Shown here piece by piece: positions 1-11,078 of a stretch of 64,000 nt of DNA (positions are counted from its first letter, which is position 1; every line of letters starts with the position of its first letter). The stretch spans positions 12,178 to 76,177 of the forward strand of contig NZ_JAQWFR010000029.1 in the NCBI RefSeq assembly GCF_029238675.1. Reading direction: 5' to 3'. Position numbers and translations under genes: made by a program. Below the pieces are notes generated by a model. It ran no database searches and was not told where the DNA came from. It worked only from the letters and a program-made list of their open reading frames with translations. Origin of the DNA: Oceanicoccus sp. Lineage in GTDB: Bacteria > Pseudomonadota > Gammaproteobacteria > Pseudomonadales > Dasaniaceae.

Positions 1-78
1 AACGAAGAGTTTGGTCTTGATAAAGAGCAACGCCAGCAGGAAATCGAAGGTGTGTTGGCTGCTGAAGACAGAATGTAA
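1..78 (+). CDS. 3' end of an unidentified gene entering the window (NEEFGLDKEQRQQEIEGVLAAEDRM*)
   Basis: Open frame 1 from base 1 to TAA at 76-78, followed 4 nt later by a palindromic repeat. Too short to identify. Confidence 0.55.
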   Translation, partial: NEEFGLDKEQRQQEIEGVLAAEDRM

Positions 79-81
79 CAA

Positions 82-108
82 CGTCATTCCCGCCTGCGCG
101 GGAATGAC
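82..108. repeat. CGTC-type REP-like palindrome, monomer
   Basis: GTCATTCCCGC-CTGC-GCGGGAATGAC is a perfect 11-bp stem with a 4-nt loop, between convergent genes. Confidence 0.9.
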
Positions 109-138
109 AGTTCGTATACGTAAACGTGATGCCAAGAG

Positions 139-900
139 CTAAGCCGGATTATCAATATCAATAAATTGGTAATCCAAACCAAACTTCTCAGCGACAAACT
201 CACCCACTGCCTGCACACCATAGCGCTCCGTTGCGTGATGCCCCGCCGCTATATAGTGAATACCCAATTCCCTTGCGCTATGCACAGTAGGCTCAGAAAT
301 CTCACCGGAAAGATAAGCATCCACACCCAGCGATGCCGCCTGGTCAATATAACCCTGTGCGCCGCCGGTACACCAACCAATAGTCTCTATCAGTTGATCC
401 CCACCTTTAATGAATAAGGGCTCTCGTCCCAGGGCGGCATTCACATGCTGGCAAAATTGTTCTGCCGACAAAGGCGCCGCCAGACGGCCAATATTACCCA
501 CCGAATGGGGATTGCCGGGTTCCAGGCCATCGGTCACGGTTAGGTCAAGCAACTTGGCAAGCTGGGCGTTATTACCCATTACCGGATGAGCATCCAGCGG
601 CAGGTGGTAAGCAATCAAACTGATATTATGTTTTAACAAAGCCTCTATACGGCGATGTTTTATACCCACAATACAGGGATCTTCCCCTTTCCAAAAATAA
701 CCGTGATGTACCAAAATCGCATCCGCGTTTTCTTCAATCGCACGATCAATCAAAGCCTGGCTGGCAGTCACACCGGCTATTAAAGTATTGATGGTTTCAC
801 TGCCCTGCACCTGCAAACCATTAGGGCAATAATCATTAAAGGCTTCCGGCTTTAATAATTCATTAGTACAGTTTAAGAACTCTTTCAGGCTTACAGACAT
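139..900 (-). CDS. ybgI: NIF3/YbgI-family dinuclear metal-centre hexameric protein
   Basis: Motifs DYCPNGLQVQG, LVHHGYFW, AYHLPLDAHP, GHHATERYG. Start placed at ATG 900 (MSVSLKEF) rather than ORF-track 951. Confidence 0.93.
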   Translation of the reverse strand: MSVSLKEFLNCTNELLKPEAFNDYCPNGLQVQGSETINTLIAGVTASQALIDRAIEENADAILVHHGYFWKGEDPCIVGIKHRRIEALLKHNISLIAYHLPLDAHPVMGNNAQLAKLLDLTVTDGLEPGNPHSVGNIGRLAAPLSAEQFCQHVNAALGREPLFIKGGDQLIETIGWCTGGAQGYIDQAASLGVDAYLSGEISEPTVHSARELGIHYIAAGHHATERYGVQAVGEFVAEKFGLDYQFIDIDNPA

Positions 901-1006
901 CGTTATTCGCTCAGTACTTGTAGAATAGATATAGATCTGCCACCGCAGCAAAACTCATGTTAGGCTACAGCATCAAACGTAAATCTCAAGTGTGGCTAAC
1001 ACCCTT

Positions 1007-2152
1007 ATGAAAGAGTTTTTCCAATTTTTGCGCTGGCCCGTTGTCTGTGGCTTATTAGCCGCCATTATTATTCTGGATCACTTCCCCAATTTTTTGGGTT
1101 TGGATAACTCCACCAGCAATGGCCAAAGCCAGCAAATTGCTGCGCCAGCCAGTCTGCAAGGTCCCTACTCCTATTCCCAAGCGGTAAAACAGGCAGCCCC
1201 TGCTGTGGTTAATATCTACACCAGCAAAACCGTTAAGCAGGAACTGCCACGCCGATATAGAGATCCCTTTTTCCGCTTTTTTTTACAGCGCAATAATATC
1301 CAGCAAAAAGAACGGGTAGAACGCAGCCTGGGCTCGGGTATTATCATCAACCCTAACGGCTATATCCTGACGAACAATCACGTCATCAAAGAGGCCGATG
1401 AGATTTTAGTCTTGCTACAAGATGGCCGGGAAGCTTTGGCAACAGTGATTGGCACTGACCCGGAGACCGACTTAGCGGTACTAAAAATTGACTTAAGTGA
1501 CCTTGAGACTATTACTATCGGCGATCCATCCCAAGCCATGGTGGGTGATGTGGTGTTAGCGATTGGCAACCCCTATGGTTTTGGCCATACCGTCACCCAA
1601 GGTATTATCAGCGCTACTGGCCGCTACGGTTTAAGACTGACCACCTATGAAAACTTTATTCAAACCGATGCGGCTATTAACCCGGGTAACTCCGGCGGCG
1701 CACTGGTTGATGCCCAGGGCAAACTACTGGGTATTAATACTGCCATTCAAAGTAACTCCGGTGGCTCACAGGGTATAGGTCTTGCTACCCCTTCCGATCT
1801 CGCCTTGAGAATTATGTCGGACCTTATCCAGTACGGCAAAGTGATCAGGGGCTGGCTGGGTATTGAGGTGCAAGCAATACCTGCCGCTATTGCGCAATCT
1901 TATAATTTGCCGTTTAACAACGGCGTTATTATCACCGGTACCTATCGGGGTGGCCCGGCGGATGACAGTGGTTTAGTGGGTGGGGATATTATTACCAGTA
2001 TTAACGGGCAACCGGTGGGTGATGGTCACGCGGGCATGAACTTTATTGCCGCCACCAGACCCGGTGAAGAAGTGGCTATTGAAATTGTCAGGGAAGGACA
2101 AATAATGAATGTGAATGCAGTGGTGGGCAGCCGGCCAAACGCCAGGGAGTAA
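1007..2152 (+). CDS. algW: DegS/AlgW-type membrane-anchored trypsin-like serine protease with one PDZ domain
   Basis: N-terminal TM; TNNHV, DLAVLK and NPGNSGGAL catalytic motifs; C-terminal PDZ (GWLGIE, GGPA). Start placed at ATG 1007. Confidence 0.9.
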   Translation: MKEFFQFLRWPVVCGLLAAIIILDHFPNFLGLDNSTSNGQSQQIAAPASLQGPYSYSQAVKQAAPAVVNIYTSKTVKQELPRRYRDPFFRFFLQRNNIQQKERVERSLGSGIIINPNGYILTNNHVIKEADEILVLLQDGREALATVIGTDPETDLAVLKIDLSDLETITIGDPSQAMVGDVVLAIGNPYGFGHTVTQGIISATGRYGLRLTTYENFIQTDAAINPGNSGGALVDAQGKLLGINTAIQSNSGGSQGIGLATPSDLALRIMSDLIQYGKVIRGWLGIEVQAIPAAIAQSYNLPFNNGVIITGTYRGGPADDSGLVGGDIITSINGQPVGDGHAGMNFIAATRPGEEVAIEIVREGQIMNVNAVVGSRPNARE

Positions 2153-2159
2153 ATCGCAC

Positions 2160-2218
2160 CGTCATTCCCCCCCTGTCATTCCCACCTTCGCGGGAATGAC
2201 AGGGGGCGGGTAATGGCG
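2160..2218. repeat. Nested CGTC-type palindrome (inner monomer 2175-2200 inside degenerate outer arms)
   Basis: CGTCATTCCCCCCCT-GTCATTCCCACCTTCGCGGGAATGAC-AGGGGGCGGGTAATGGCG fills most of the algW/hisD gap. Confidence 0.88.
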
Positions 2219-3523
2219 TTATTTCTTGATACGGTATTCAGCAGAGCGGGCGTGAGCCGTTAAGGACTCACCTCGTGCCAAAACAGAAGCCACTTTACCC
2301 AACTCCGAAGCACCTTCCGCCGAGCAGTGGATAATCGAGCTGCGCTTTTGGAAATCATAAACACCCAACGGCGAAGAAAAACGCACCGTACCCGAGGTGG
2401 GTAAAACGTGGTTAGGGCCAGCGCAATAATCACCCAATGCTTCTGAGGTATAACGTCCCATAAAGATGGCACCGGCATGTTTAATTTGCGGCAATAATGC
2501 TTCAGGGTCTTCAACGGATAATTCCAGGTGCTCGGGGGCAATACGATTACAGACCGCAATCGCCTGCTCTATATCACTCACCTGAATTAACGCCCCACGG
2601 TTATACAAAGACGCTGTAGCAATAGCTTCGCGCTCCAGGGTGGGTAGCAACTTTTTAATACTGGCTTCAACCTTATCGATAAACGCAGCATCGGGACAAA
2701 CCAGAATAGATTGCGCGTTTTCGTCGTGCTCAGCCTGAGAAAACAAATCCATGGCAATCCAATCGGGATCGGTTTGACCATCGCAGATCACTAAAATCTC
2801 TGACGGTCCGGCAATCATATCCAGCCCCACCTGGCCAAAGACCTGCCGCTTTGCTGTGGCTACAAAAATATTGCCCGGCCCAACAATTTTATCAACTTGT
2901 GGAATGGTTTCAGTACCGTAGGCCAATGCTGCGACGGCTTGCGCGCCACCAACGGTGATGACCTTATCAACACCGGCAATGGCTGCCGCTGCCAGTACAA
3001 TATGATTGATTTCACCATCGGGCGTGGGACTGGTCATCACAATTTCTTCAACCCCTGCCACCTTCGCAGGAATCACATCCATCAAAACGGTGGATGGATA
3101 AGCCGCTTTACCACCGGGGACATACACACCCACTTTTTCCAGGGCAGTAATCTGTTGGCCCAACACGGTGCCATCGGCTTCTTGATAAGACCAGGAATCT
3201 TGTTTTTGATGCTGGTGATAAGAGCGAATTCGATTGGCGGCTGTTTCCAGCGCCGTGCGCTCTGCTGCAGAAATCATCGTCAGGGATTGTTTAATTTGCG
3301 CTTTATCCATCACCAGTTCGGTCATAGACTTTGCACTCATACGATCAAAGCGATTGGTGTACTCTAACAAGGCTTCATCACCACGCGCTTTAATCGCGGC
3401 AATCACATCATTAACCACCCCCACAACAGAGTCGTCAGACACAGAATCCCAGGCCAGTAACTGGCTTAGGCGCTGCTCAAAGTCGGCTTGATTGGCATTG
3501 AGGCGGGTAATAGACGCTGACAT
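2219..3523 (-). CDS. hisD: Histidinol dehydrogenase
   Basis: Motifs [58 protein letters not shown]. Confidence 0.98.
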   Translation of the reverse strand: MSASITRLNANQADFEQRLSQLLAWDSVSDDSVVGVVNDVIAAIKARGDEALLEYTNRFDRMSAKSMTELVMDKAQIKQSLTMISAAERTALETAANRIRSYHQHQKQDSWSYQEADGTVLGQQITALEKVGVYVPGGKAAYPSTVLMDVIPAKVAGVEEIVMTSPTPDGEINHIVLAAAAIAGVDKVITVGGAQAVAALAYGTETIPQVDKIVGPGNIFVATAKRQVFGQVGLDMIAGPSEILVICDGQTDPDWIAMDLFSQAEHDENAQSILVCPDAAFIDKVEASIKKLLPTLEREAIATASLYNRGALIQVSDIEQAIAVCNRIAPEHLELSVEDPEALLPQIKHAGAIFMGRYTSEALGDYCAGPNHVLPTSGTVRFSSPLGVYDFQKRSSIIHCSAEGASELGKVASVLARGESLTAHARSAEYRIKK

Positions 3524-4159
3524 TTAAGCCGCCTCCACCGCTGCGCGCAGTTGCTCAATAATTTGTGAAATACGCTGGTGCTTGCGCTTCATGGCGGCAC
3601 GGTTCACCACCAGACGGGAACTGATATCCGCAATTAAATCCTGCGGCTCCATACCATTGGCCTTTAAGGTATTACCGGTATCCACAATATCGACAATCAT
3701 ATCGGCCAAATCCATTAAAGGCGCCAACTCCATTGCACCATAGAGCTTAATAATATCGGCTTGAATACCTTTTTCCGCGCAATAGTGTTTTGCCACATTG
3801 GTGAATTTTGTAGCGATACGAACACGACCTTGAGGTAATTCTTTACCCACCAGACCCGCTGTCATTAAACGGCATTTGGAAATATTTAAATCTAACGATT
3901 CATATAAGTCAGCACCGCCGGCCTCTAGCAACATATCTTTACCAGACACGCCCATATCAGCCGCACCATGTTGTACATAGGTCGGCACATCCGAACCACG
4001 AATAACTAGCAAACGGATATCCGGCTGGTTGGTATCAAAAATCAGCTTGCGGCTCTTGCTAATATCTTCAATCGGCTCAATGCCTGCCGCTGCTAACAAG
4101 GGCAGTGTCTCTTTGAGGATACGGCCTTTAGTTAAGGCGATAATGACTTGTTGGTCCAT
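3524..4159 (-). CDS. hisG: ATP phosphoribosyltransferase, short form (HisZ-dependent)
   Basis: [41 protein letters not shown]; 211 aa with no regulatory C-terminal domain. Confidence 0.97.
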   Translation of the reverse strand: MDQQVIIALTKGRILKETLPLLAAAGIEPIEDISKSRKLIFDTNQPDIRLLVIRGSDVPTYVQHGAADMGVSGKDMLLEAGGADLYESLDLNISKCRLMTAGLVGKELPQGRVRIATKFTNVAKHYCAEKGIQADIIKLYGAMELAPLMDLADMIVDIVDTGNTLKANGMEPQDLIADISSRLVVNRAAMKRKHQRISQIIEQLRAAVEAA

Positions 4160-4183
4160 AGTGCTTCTTTAGTAGCTCGTGAT

Positions 4184-5458
<1,275 letters not shown>

Positions 5459-5462
5459 TTAT

Positions 5463-5711
5463 TTAAAAGGATTGGGATTTAGCTGCCATTTCGGCACGGG
5501 TATATGTCTTCATATTAACAGCATGGATGCTGCCATCAGCAATTTGCGGGTTTAGCGCCGCATACACCAGCTGCTGTTTTTTGACCGCATTTAAACCTTC
5601 AAAAACATCCCCCACCACGGTGATATCGAAGTGACGACCATCCCCTGCTACTTCAATATCACAATCGGTAAGATGTGTTTGCAGCAGTTGTTTAACGTTT
5701 TCAGGTTCCAT
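5463..5711 (-). CDS. ibaG: BolA/IbaG-family protein
   Basis: GDGRHF, FEGLNAVKKQQLVY, IHAV; directly upstream of murA as in other gammaproteobacteria. Confidence 0.93.
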   Translation of the reverse strand: MEPENVKQLLQTHLTDCDIEVAGDGRHFDITVVGDVFEGLNAVKKQQLVYAALNPQIADGSIHAVNMKTYTRAEMAAKSQSF

Positions 5712-5850
5712 ATTAAAAGCTCCGCAGCCAAGGTAGGGGCTACTGACAGATTAGCAGACTATTTATTGAGCTACCGAGTGATTACATAAAGCAAAACCGG
5801 CAACGGGAAAAAGGCGGGGATTGTACGGAATCTGGGGATTAATTGCGAGC

Positions 5851-5990
5851 TGTCATTCCCGTAAAGCAACGTCATTCCCGCGAAGGCGGGAATCCAGAGT
5901 GCATGCTTATGCTGTTATTTCCGCTCAAGCGGAAATCTACAGCATTGGATTCCCGCCTTCGCGGGAATGACGGGAGGGCGGGAATGACGT
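5851..5990. repeat. Three-hairpin CGTC-type element, copy A (core 5870-5972) with outer half-arms
   Basis: CGTCATTCCCGCGAAGGCGGGAATCCAG...ATTTCCGC-TCAA-GCGGAAAT...TGGATTCCCGCCTTCGCGGGAATGACG; near-identical to copies at 43763, 50071 and 51720. Confidence 0.93.
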
Positions 5991-5994
5991 TAGA

Positions 5995-6714
5995 TTAAGC
6001 GTCGGCGCCCTTATTGGTAGGGTCCACACTCCAATTATCGATCACAGCATCAATATCGCCTTTGTATTGCCTGGCCGCAGAACGAAATTGGCTCTGGTAA
6101 ACCTTGCCCAAATTAATGGCTTCAATGGTGACATTACGCAACTTCCAATCACCGGCCCGGTTTTTACGCATTTTGTACTGCACCACGTAGGGTTTTTCAC
6201 TATCGCCATAAATATGCTGGATAACAGTCACGCTACCCTCGGTTGGCGCGCCCTCAGCAGGTGGCAATACTTCAATTCTATTGCCATTAAAAGCGAGCAA
6301 ACCCTTAGCATAGGTCTGTACCAAGCCATCTTTAAAGGTATCGGCAAAGCGCTTCATGCGAGCTTTGAAAGCGGCCTTCTCTGCAGCGGTTTTCAGCGTC
6401 ATATACTGTTTTTTGCTAGCATAGGGGCCCATTACACCACGGGAAAAACTATTAAAATCAACCACATCGGATAATATCAACTCTATTTCATAGTAAAAGC
6501 GGTCTGGGTCAGTTTCGTAGTAACCCTGGGCATCAGTGATGATTTTCATCACTCTCTCTGTTGTACCCTTAACCACATCGTTGGCGCTGACCGGGGATGC
6601 TTTCTCTACATCCTGGGCAGCTACTGCCACAGCCCAAACACATAAGATAGCTGCGGCTAAAAACGTTTTAGCTGAATAAGCCACCAAGGCTGCCACCGAG
6701 CGAAAATCCTTCAT
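5995..6714 (-). CDS. mlaC: MlaC/Ttg2D-family periplasmic lipid-binding protein
   Basis: Signal peptide; VVDFNSFSRGVMG, LVQTYAKGL, YKMRKNRAGDWKLRNVTIEAINLGKVYQSQF; sits at the mla locus position. Confidence 0.85.
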   Translation of the reverse strand: MKDFRSVAALVAYSAKTFLAAAILCVWAVAVAAQDVEKASPVSANDVVKGTTERVMKIITDAQGYYETDPDRFYYEIELILSDVVDFNSFSRGVMGPYASKKQYMTLKTAAEKAAFKARMKRFADTFKDGLVQTYAKGLLAFNGNRIEVLPPAEGAPTEGSVTVIQHIYGDSEKPYVVQYKMRKNRAGDWKLRNVTIEAINLGKVYQSQFRSAARQYKGDIDAVIDNWSVDPTNKGADA

Positions 6715-6729
6715 AAATCTGTTCCCATG

Positions 6730-6781
6730 TTTTTATCGATAGTTTTTATCAATAGTTTCTGTTAATAGCTTCTGTTGATAG
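6730..6781. repeat. Degenerate 13-bp tandem repeat x4 upstream of mlaC
   Basis: TTTTTATCGATAG / TTTTTATCAATAG / TTTCTGTTAATAG / CTTCTGTTGATAG. Confidence 0.8.
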
Positions 6782-6956
6782 TTACGGTCAATTTGAATAC
6801 TAGCCTAATGTAACCAAAAACCTTCAGCGGTAACAGTACCCAAAGGAGAAATGAGGTATTTCAGGCTGTAAAACATACCCTTTCTGCTCAAGCTCTATAT
6901 AATGCAGCCACCGTCGAAACGACCCCAGCCATTAACTACCAAAACTCAGCGAATCT

Positions 6957-7937
6957 ATGATCATAACCAGCGTTGCCATTATTATCGGGTTTATTGGCCT
7001 AATCTGGAGCGCGGACCGTTTTGTGGCCGGGGCTGCGGGTATTGCCCGCAACCTCGGTATGGCACCGATTATGATCGGCCTCACGATCGTGGCGCTGGGC
7101 ACCTCCGCTCCCGAGATTATCGTCGCCATCAATGCCGCCATGGATAATGCCGGCGGTCTGGCTGTTGGCAATGCACTGGGATCAAATCTGGCCAATATTG
7201 GCCTTGTGCTTGGTATCACCGCGATCATCTCACCGATTCCTATCGCCAAAACCTTACTAAGAAGAGAAATACCCTTGTTGCTTGGGGCAACATTGGCCGT
7301 ATTATTCTTTCTCTATGACCACCAGCTGGGCAGGATGGATGGTATTGCTTTTTTACTGATACTGGCAGGCATCTTCTATTATCTGGTCAATAGCAAGTCT
7401 CACCAACCCGATGCCGAGCACGAAGCCGATATTGAACATATCCCCGAGCTATCGCAGGGCAAAGCCTGGTGGCTATTCTTCCTCGGCTTAGTTTTGCTGA
7501 TTGTCAGCTCAAGATTGCTGGTCTGGGGCGCCCGGGAAGTGGCGTTGGCCTTTGGTGTCAGTGAGCTGATTATTGGCCTGACCGTGGTTGCCGTTGGCAC
7601 CAGCTTGCCGGAACTCGCCGCTAGTGCCGCCAGTGCCCTTAAGGGCCACCATGATATTGCTATTGGCAATGTGGTCGGCTCCAACTTATTTAATCTGTTA
7701 GCTGTGATGGCTATGCCTGCACTGATTGCCCCCGCCGCTCTGGAGCCCGCTGTATTTAACCGGGATTATTTATCCATGACTGGCCTTACCCTGGTGTTAG
7801 TCTTATTAATATATGGACGCCACTGGTGGGCCAATAAAAAATCGCCGGGGACTGCTACCATCAGCCGAGGCGATGGTCTTTTATTATTGTTGTGTTATGG
7901 CGCTTATTATTATTTACTGTTTCCGATTGGTGCCTAG
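6957..7937 (+). CDS. yrbG: Calcium/sodium antiporter (YrbG, CaCA family)
   Basis: Two alpha-repeats GTSAPE and GTSLPE, GSNLANI / GSNLFN, about 10 TM segments. Confidence 0.93.
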   Translation: MIITSVAIIIGFIGLIWSADRFVAGAAGIARNLGMAPIMIGLTIVALGTSAPEIIVAINAAMDNAGGLAVGNALGSNLANIGLVLGITAIISPIPIAKTLLRREIPLLLGATLAVLFFLYDHQLGRMDGIAFLLILAGIFYYLVNSKSHQPDAEHEADIEHIPELSQGKAWWLFFLGLVLLIVSSRLLVWGAREVALAFGVSELIIGLTVVAVGTSLPELAASAASALKGHHDIAIGNVVGSNLFNLLAVMAMPALIAPAALEPAVFNRDYLSMTGLTLVLVLLIYGRHWWANKKSPGTATISRGDGLLLLLCYGAYYYLLFPIGA

Positions 7938-7998
7938 CCGGCCACGGCGGCACACCCTTAGACAGCCCTTAACCATGTACGGGAAAATTGATTGAGTT

Positions 7999-8979
7999 AT
8001 GACTGAAAATACCGACAGTCTCTATAAAACCTCTGCCCTTCGCACCATTGCTATGGAGCGCGATGCCGTCAATGAACTGATCCAGCATATTGATCAGAGT
8101 TTTGACCAGGCCTGTGAATTAATGATGACCTGCAGCGGCCGCGTGGTCGTTACCGGAATGGGGAAATCCGGCCATATTGGCACCAAAATAGCGGCAACGC
8201 TGGCCAGCACCGGCACCCCCGCCATATTTGTTCACCCCGGTGAAGCCAGCCATGGGGATATGGGTATGATCACCCCTAACGATGTAGTACTGGCTTTATC
8301 AAATTCGGGGAATACCGCTGAAGTAGTCACCTTATTACCGCTGTTAAAACGAATGGGCACCCCTTTGATTAGCATGACCGGCAACCCGGGCTCAACGCTT
8401 TCAACCGCTGCCAATGTTAATTTAAACGTCTCTGTATCCGAAGAGGCCTGCCCACTGGATCTTGCGCCAACTTCCAGCACTACTGCTTCATTGGTTATGG
8501 GTGATGCCCTGGCCATTGCACTATTGGAAGCCAAGGGATTTAGCGCTGAAGATTTTGCCTTCTCTCATCCCGGCGGCGCACTGGGTCGCAGGCTGTTACT
8601 CAAAGTCGAAGACGTTATGCATACGGGGCAATTAATACCGATAGTCAACAGCGGTACCAAACTCAGCGATGCCCTGCTGGAAGTCACTAGCAAGGGGCTG
8701 GGCATGACCACTATTATTGATGACCAGCAATCACTACTTGGGATTTTTACTGATGGTGATTTGCGCCGCACCCTGGACCAAAGCATTGATATTCATAATA
8801 CCGCTATCAACGATGTGATGACGATTAACTGTAAGACCGCCACAGCTAATATGTTAGCCGCTGAAGCATTAGCCATTATGGACAACGGCAAAATAAGCGT
8901 ATTGGCAGTGATTAATGAAAGCAACCAACCTATTGGCGCCGTGCACCTACATGACTTGCTGAACGCTGGCGTTGCTTGA
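7999..8979 (+). CDS. kdsD: Arabinose 5-phosphate isomerase (SIS + CBS domains)
   Basis: VTGMGKSGHIG, HPGEASHGDMG, EACPLDLAPTSST, FSHPGGALG, C-terminal CBS pair. Confidence 0.96.
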   Translation: MTENTDSLYKTSALRTIAMERDAVNELIQHIDQSFDQACELMMTCSGRVVVTGMGKSGHIGTKIAATLASTGTPAIFVHPGEASHGDMGMITPNDVVLALSNSGNTAEVVTLLPLLKRMGTPLISMTGNPGSTLSTAANVNLNVSVSEEACPLDLAPTSSTTASLVMGDALAIALLEAKGFSAEDFAFSHPGGALGRRLLLKVEDVMHTGQLIPIVNSGTKLSDALLEVTSKGLGMTTIIDDQQSLLGIFTDGDLRRTLDQSIDIHNTAINDVMTINCKTATANMLAAEALAIMDNGKISVLAVINESNQPIGAVHLHDLLNAGVA

Positions 8980-8984
8980 CCGAA

Positions 8985-9575
8985 ATGAAACTATTTAGCA
9001 CCCGCAATATCAATACTAGTATCGCCGTAGTGGCCGGTTTGGTATTGCTGGTGTTTTTGTTGTTTTATGCTGAAACAGGTACCCCGCCAGCCCTAACCGG
9101 CAATACACAAGTGAAGCTACAGCCGGATTTTTACCTGATCAAAAGCTCCACCAAAGAATATGATGAGACCGGCAAGCTGGATATCGTTATGAACAGCGAA
9201 TCTCTTCAGCATAACCCCAAAGATGATAGCATTAGCCTGCAAAAGCCTTATTTTCAGGTTTATCAAAACGGTATTGCAAGCTGGCGAATAAAGGCACTTT
9301 CTGGCACAGCTTATAACAGCGGTAGTAAAATCGACCTGGAACAACGTGTTGAAATTATTAATGACAACAAACGGACATCGTTAACTACACCACAACTTTT
9401 TGTTTATCCCAATAAAAAACGCGCCAGCACCGACAAGCCCGTTACCCTGCGCAATGATAACGGCTTTACTCGCGCTATTGGCATGAAAGCGGATTTAGAA
9501 AAAAAACATATTGCGTTACTTGATCAAGTCAGAGGCCAGTATGAACCAACGGCGGCACCAGAAGATGCTCAATAA
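8985..9575 (+). CDS. lptC: LPS export protein LptC
   Basis: Single N-terminal TM, beta-jellyroll-like sequence, position before lptA/lptB. Start placed at ATG 8985. Confidence 0.85.
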   Translation: MKLFSTRNINTSIAVVAGLVLLVFLLFYAETGTPPALTGNTQVKLQPDFYLIKSSTKEYDETGKLDIVMNSESLQHNPKDDSISLQKPYFQVYQNGIASWRIKALSGTAYNSGSKIDLEQRVEIINDNKRTSLTTPQLFVYPNKKRASTDKPVTLRNDNGFTRAIGMKADLEKKHIALLDQVRGQYEPTAAPEDAQ

Positions 9576-10110
9576 CTTATTTTCCAGCGCATTGCTTTTC
9601 TCCCTGGCCCTATTAAGTCCGGCTGCTCTTGCGCTGCCGGAAGACAGCGCATTACCGATCAATATACAGTCCGACAGGGCTAGCCAAAAGGCGCTTAAAA
9701 ATGGCGAGAAAACCGAGTACTTTGGCAATGTACTGATGACCCAGGGCTCGTTAAAAATTTCCGGTGACCATATTATTGTCCGCAGCAAAGACAGAAAAGT
9801 GATTTCTATCGTGGCGTTGGGCAAGCCCGCGCATTTTGAACAGCAGTCAGATCCCGGCAAAGCGCCCATCAAAGCCGATGCCAACAAACTGCATTACCGC
9901 CTGAAACAAGATACGGTTATCTTAAGTGAGAATGCCTCCATCGAGCAAAATGGCACAACGGTCTCGGGCAAAAGAATTGAGTACAATATTGCCTCCGAGC
10001 AAGTGAAAGCAATCGGCGGCAAGGACAATTCCGACCGCGTTAAGATGGTACTAATCCCGGAAGGTAACAGCGAAACCGAATCTTCAACATCCCCCGAAAA
10101 TAAAGATTAA
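9565..10110 (+). CDS. lptA: LPS transport periplasmic protein LptA
   Basis: Signal peptide ending ALA-LPEDSALPINIQSD; GNVLMTQGSLKISGD, GKPAHFEQQ, GKRIEYN. Start uncertain (9541 or 9565). Confidence 0.9.
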   Translation: MLNNLFSSALLFSLALLSPAALALPEDSALPINIQSDRASQKALKNGEKTEYFGNVLMTQGSLKISGDHIIVRSKDRKVISIVALGKPAHFEQQSDPGKAPIKADANKLHYRLKQDTVILSENASIEQNGTTVSGKRIEYNIASEQVKAIGGKDNSDRVKMVLIPEGNSETESSTSPENKD

Positions 10111-10125
10111 AGAATAAGGAACACA

Positions 10126-10851
10126 ATGCCTGTACTGACAGCCAATCACCTGGCCAAAGCCTATAAAGGTCGTAAGGTGGTCAAAGATGTGTCACTGGAA
10201 GTCCACAGCGGACAGATTGTGGGACTGCTAGGCCCTAACGGTGCCGGTAAAACCACCTGCTTCTATATGATTGTCGGTATTGTCACCGCCGACCAGGGCA
10301 CTATTGCCCTCAATGGCGAAGACCTGACCGGCCTATCCATGCATGGCCGTGCTCGCCAGGGTATTGGTTACTTACCCCAGGAGGCGTCGATCTTCCGCAA
10401 ACTCACCGTGGCAGACAATATTTCTGCCATCCTCGAAACCCGCAGCGACCTGAATAAACAACAGCGCAACGACAAACTGGAAAGCCTGCTACAGGAATTT
10501 CATATCACTCATATCCGCGACAGCCTGGGTATGGCCCTGTCGGGGGGGGAGCGCCGCCGAGTGGAAATTGCCCGCGCCCTTGCCACTGAGCCCTCGTTTA
10601 TTTTACTGGATGAGCCTTTCGCAGGGGTTGACCCTATTTCCGTGGGAGATATCAAACAGATCATTACCCACCTGAAAGATATAGGAATTGGCGTACTGAT
10701 TACTGACCACAATGTCCGCGAGACACTGGATATTTGCGAGAAGGCCTACATTGTCGGCGAAGGCCATATTATCTCTGAAGGAGATGCCGACACCGTCCTT
10801 AACAACAAAAAAGTCCGCGATACTTACCTGGGGCACCAATTTGTATTGTAA
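10126..10851 (+). CDS. lptB: LPS export ABC ATPase LptB
   Basis: [55 protein letters not shown]. Confidence 0.98.
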   Translation: MPVLTANHLAKAYKGRKVVKDVSLEVHSGQIVGLLGPNGAGKTTCFYMIVGIVTADQGTIALNGEDLTGLSMHGRARQGIGYLPQEASIFRKLTVADNISAILETRSDLNKQQRNDKLESLLQEFHITHIRDSLGMALSGGERRRVEIARALATEPSFILLDEPFAGVDPISVGDIKQIITHLKDIGIGVLITDHNVRETLDICEKAYIVGEGHIISEGDADTVLNNKKVRDTYLGHQFVL

Positions 10852-10875
10852 AAAAGTGGGAGTTTTTCGCAAAAT

Positions 10876-10891
10876 CGGTATAACTATTGCT
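10876..10891 (+). promoter_or_regulatory. Candidate sigma54 -24/-12 site upstream of rpoN
   Basis: CGGTAT-AACTA-TTGCT has GG-N10-GC spacing; two or three mismatches to TGGCAC-N5-TTGCW. Confidence 0.45.
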
Positions 10892-10909
10892 AGTAGCATT
10901 GCTAGTAGC
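10886..10909. repeat. 12-bp direct repeat x2
   Basis: ATTGCTAGTAGC ATTGCTAGTAGC, overlapping the -12 part of the sigma54-like site. Confidence 0.8.
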
Positions 10910-11078
10910 GAAAACCACCGCTAAACTGTCCCTAAGTCAAACAAATAAGAAATCCATATATTTGTTATTTTTCAACCATGTAAGACACTAAGCATCCCAT
11001 ATCTCGAAGCGGCACAGTAGTGCGCACTTACCAGCAAAACCCCGCCAGAGATATGCAGTATGGGTAACACGATAGCCT

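Noticed and set aside
6844-6871. AGGAG followed by mini-ORF MRYFRL* upstream of yrbG
   Set aside because: SD-to-ATG spacing is only 2 nt, and it lies upstream of the likely -10 (TATAAT 6898-6903).
11010-11026. CGGCAC-AGTAG-TGCG upstream of rpoN as a sigma54 promoter (also TGGCAC at about 26288 and 43931)
   Set aside because: The GG-to-GC spacing is 9 or 11 rather than 10, or the -12 GC is missing.
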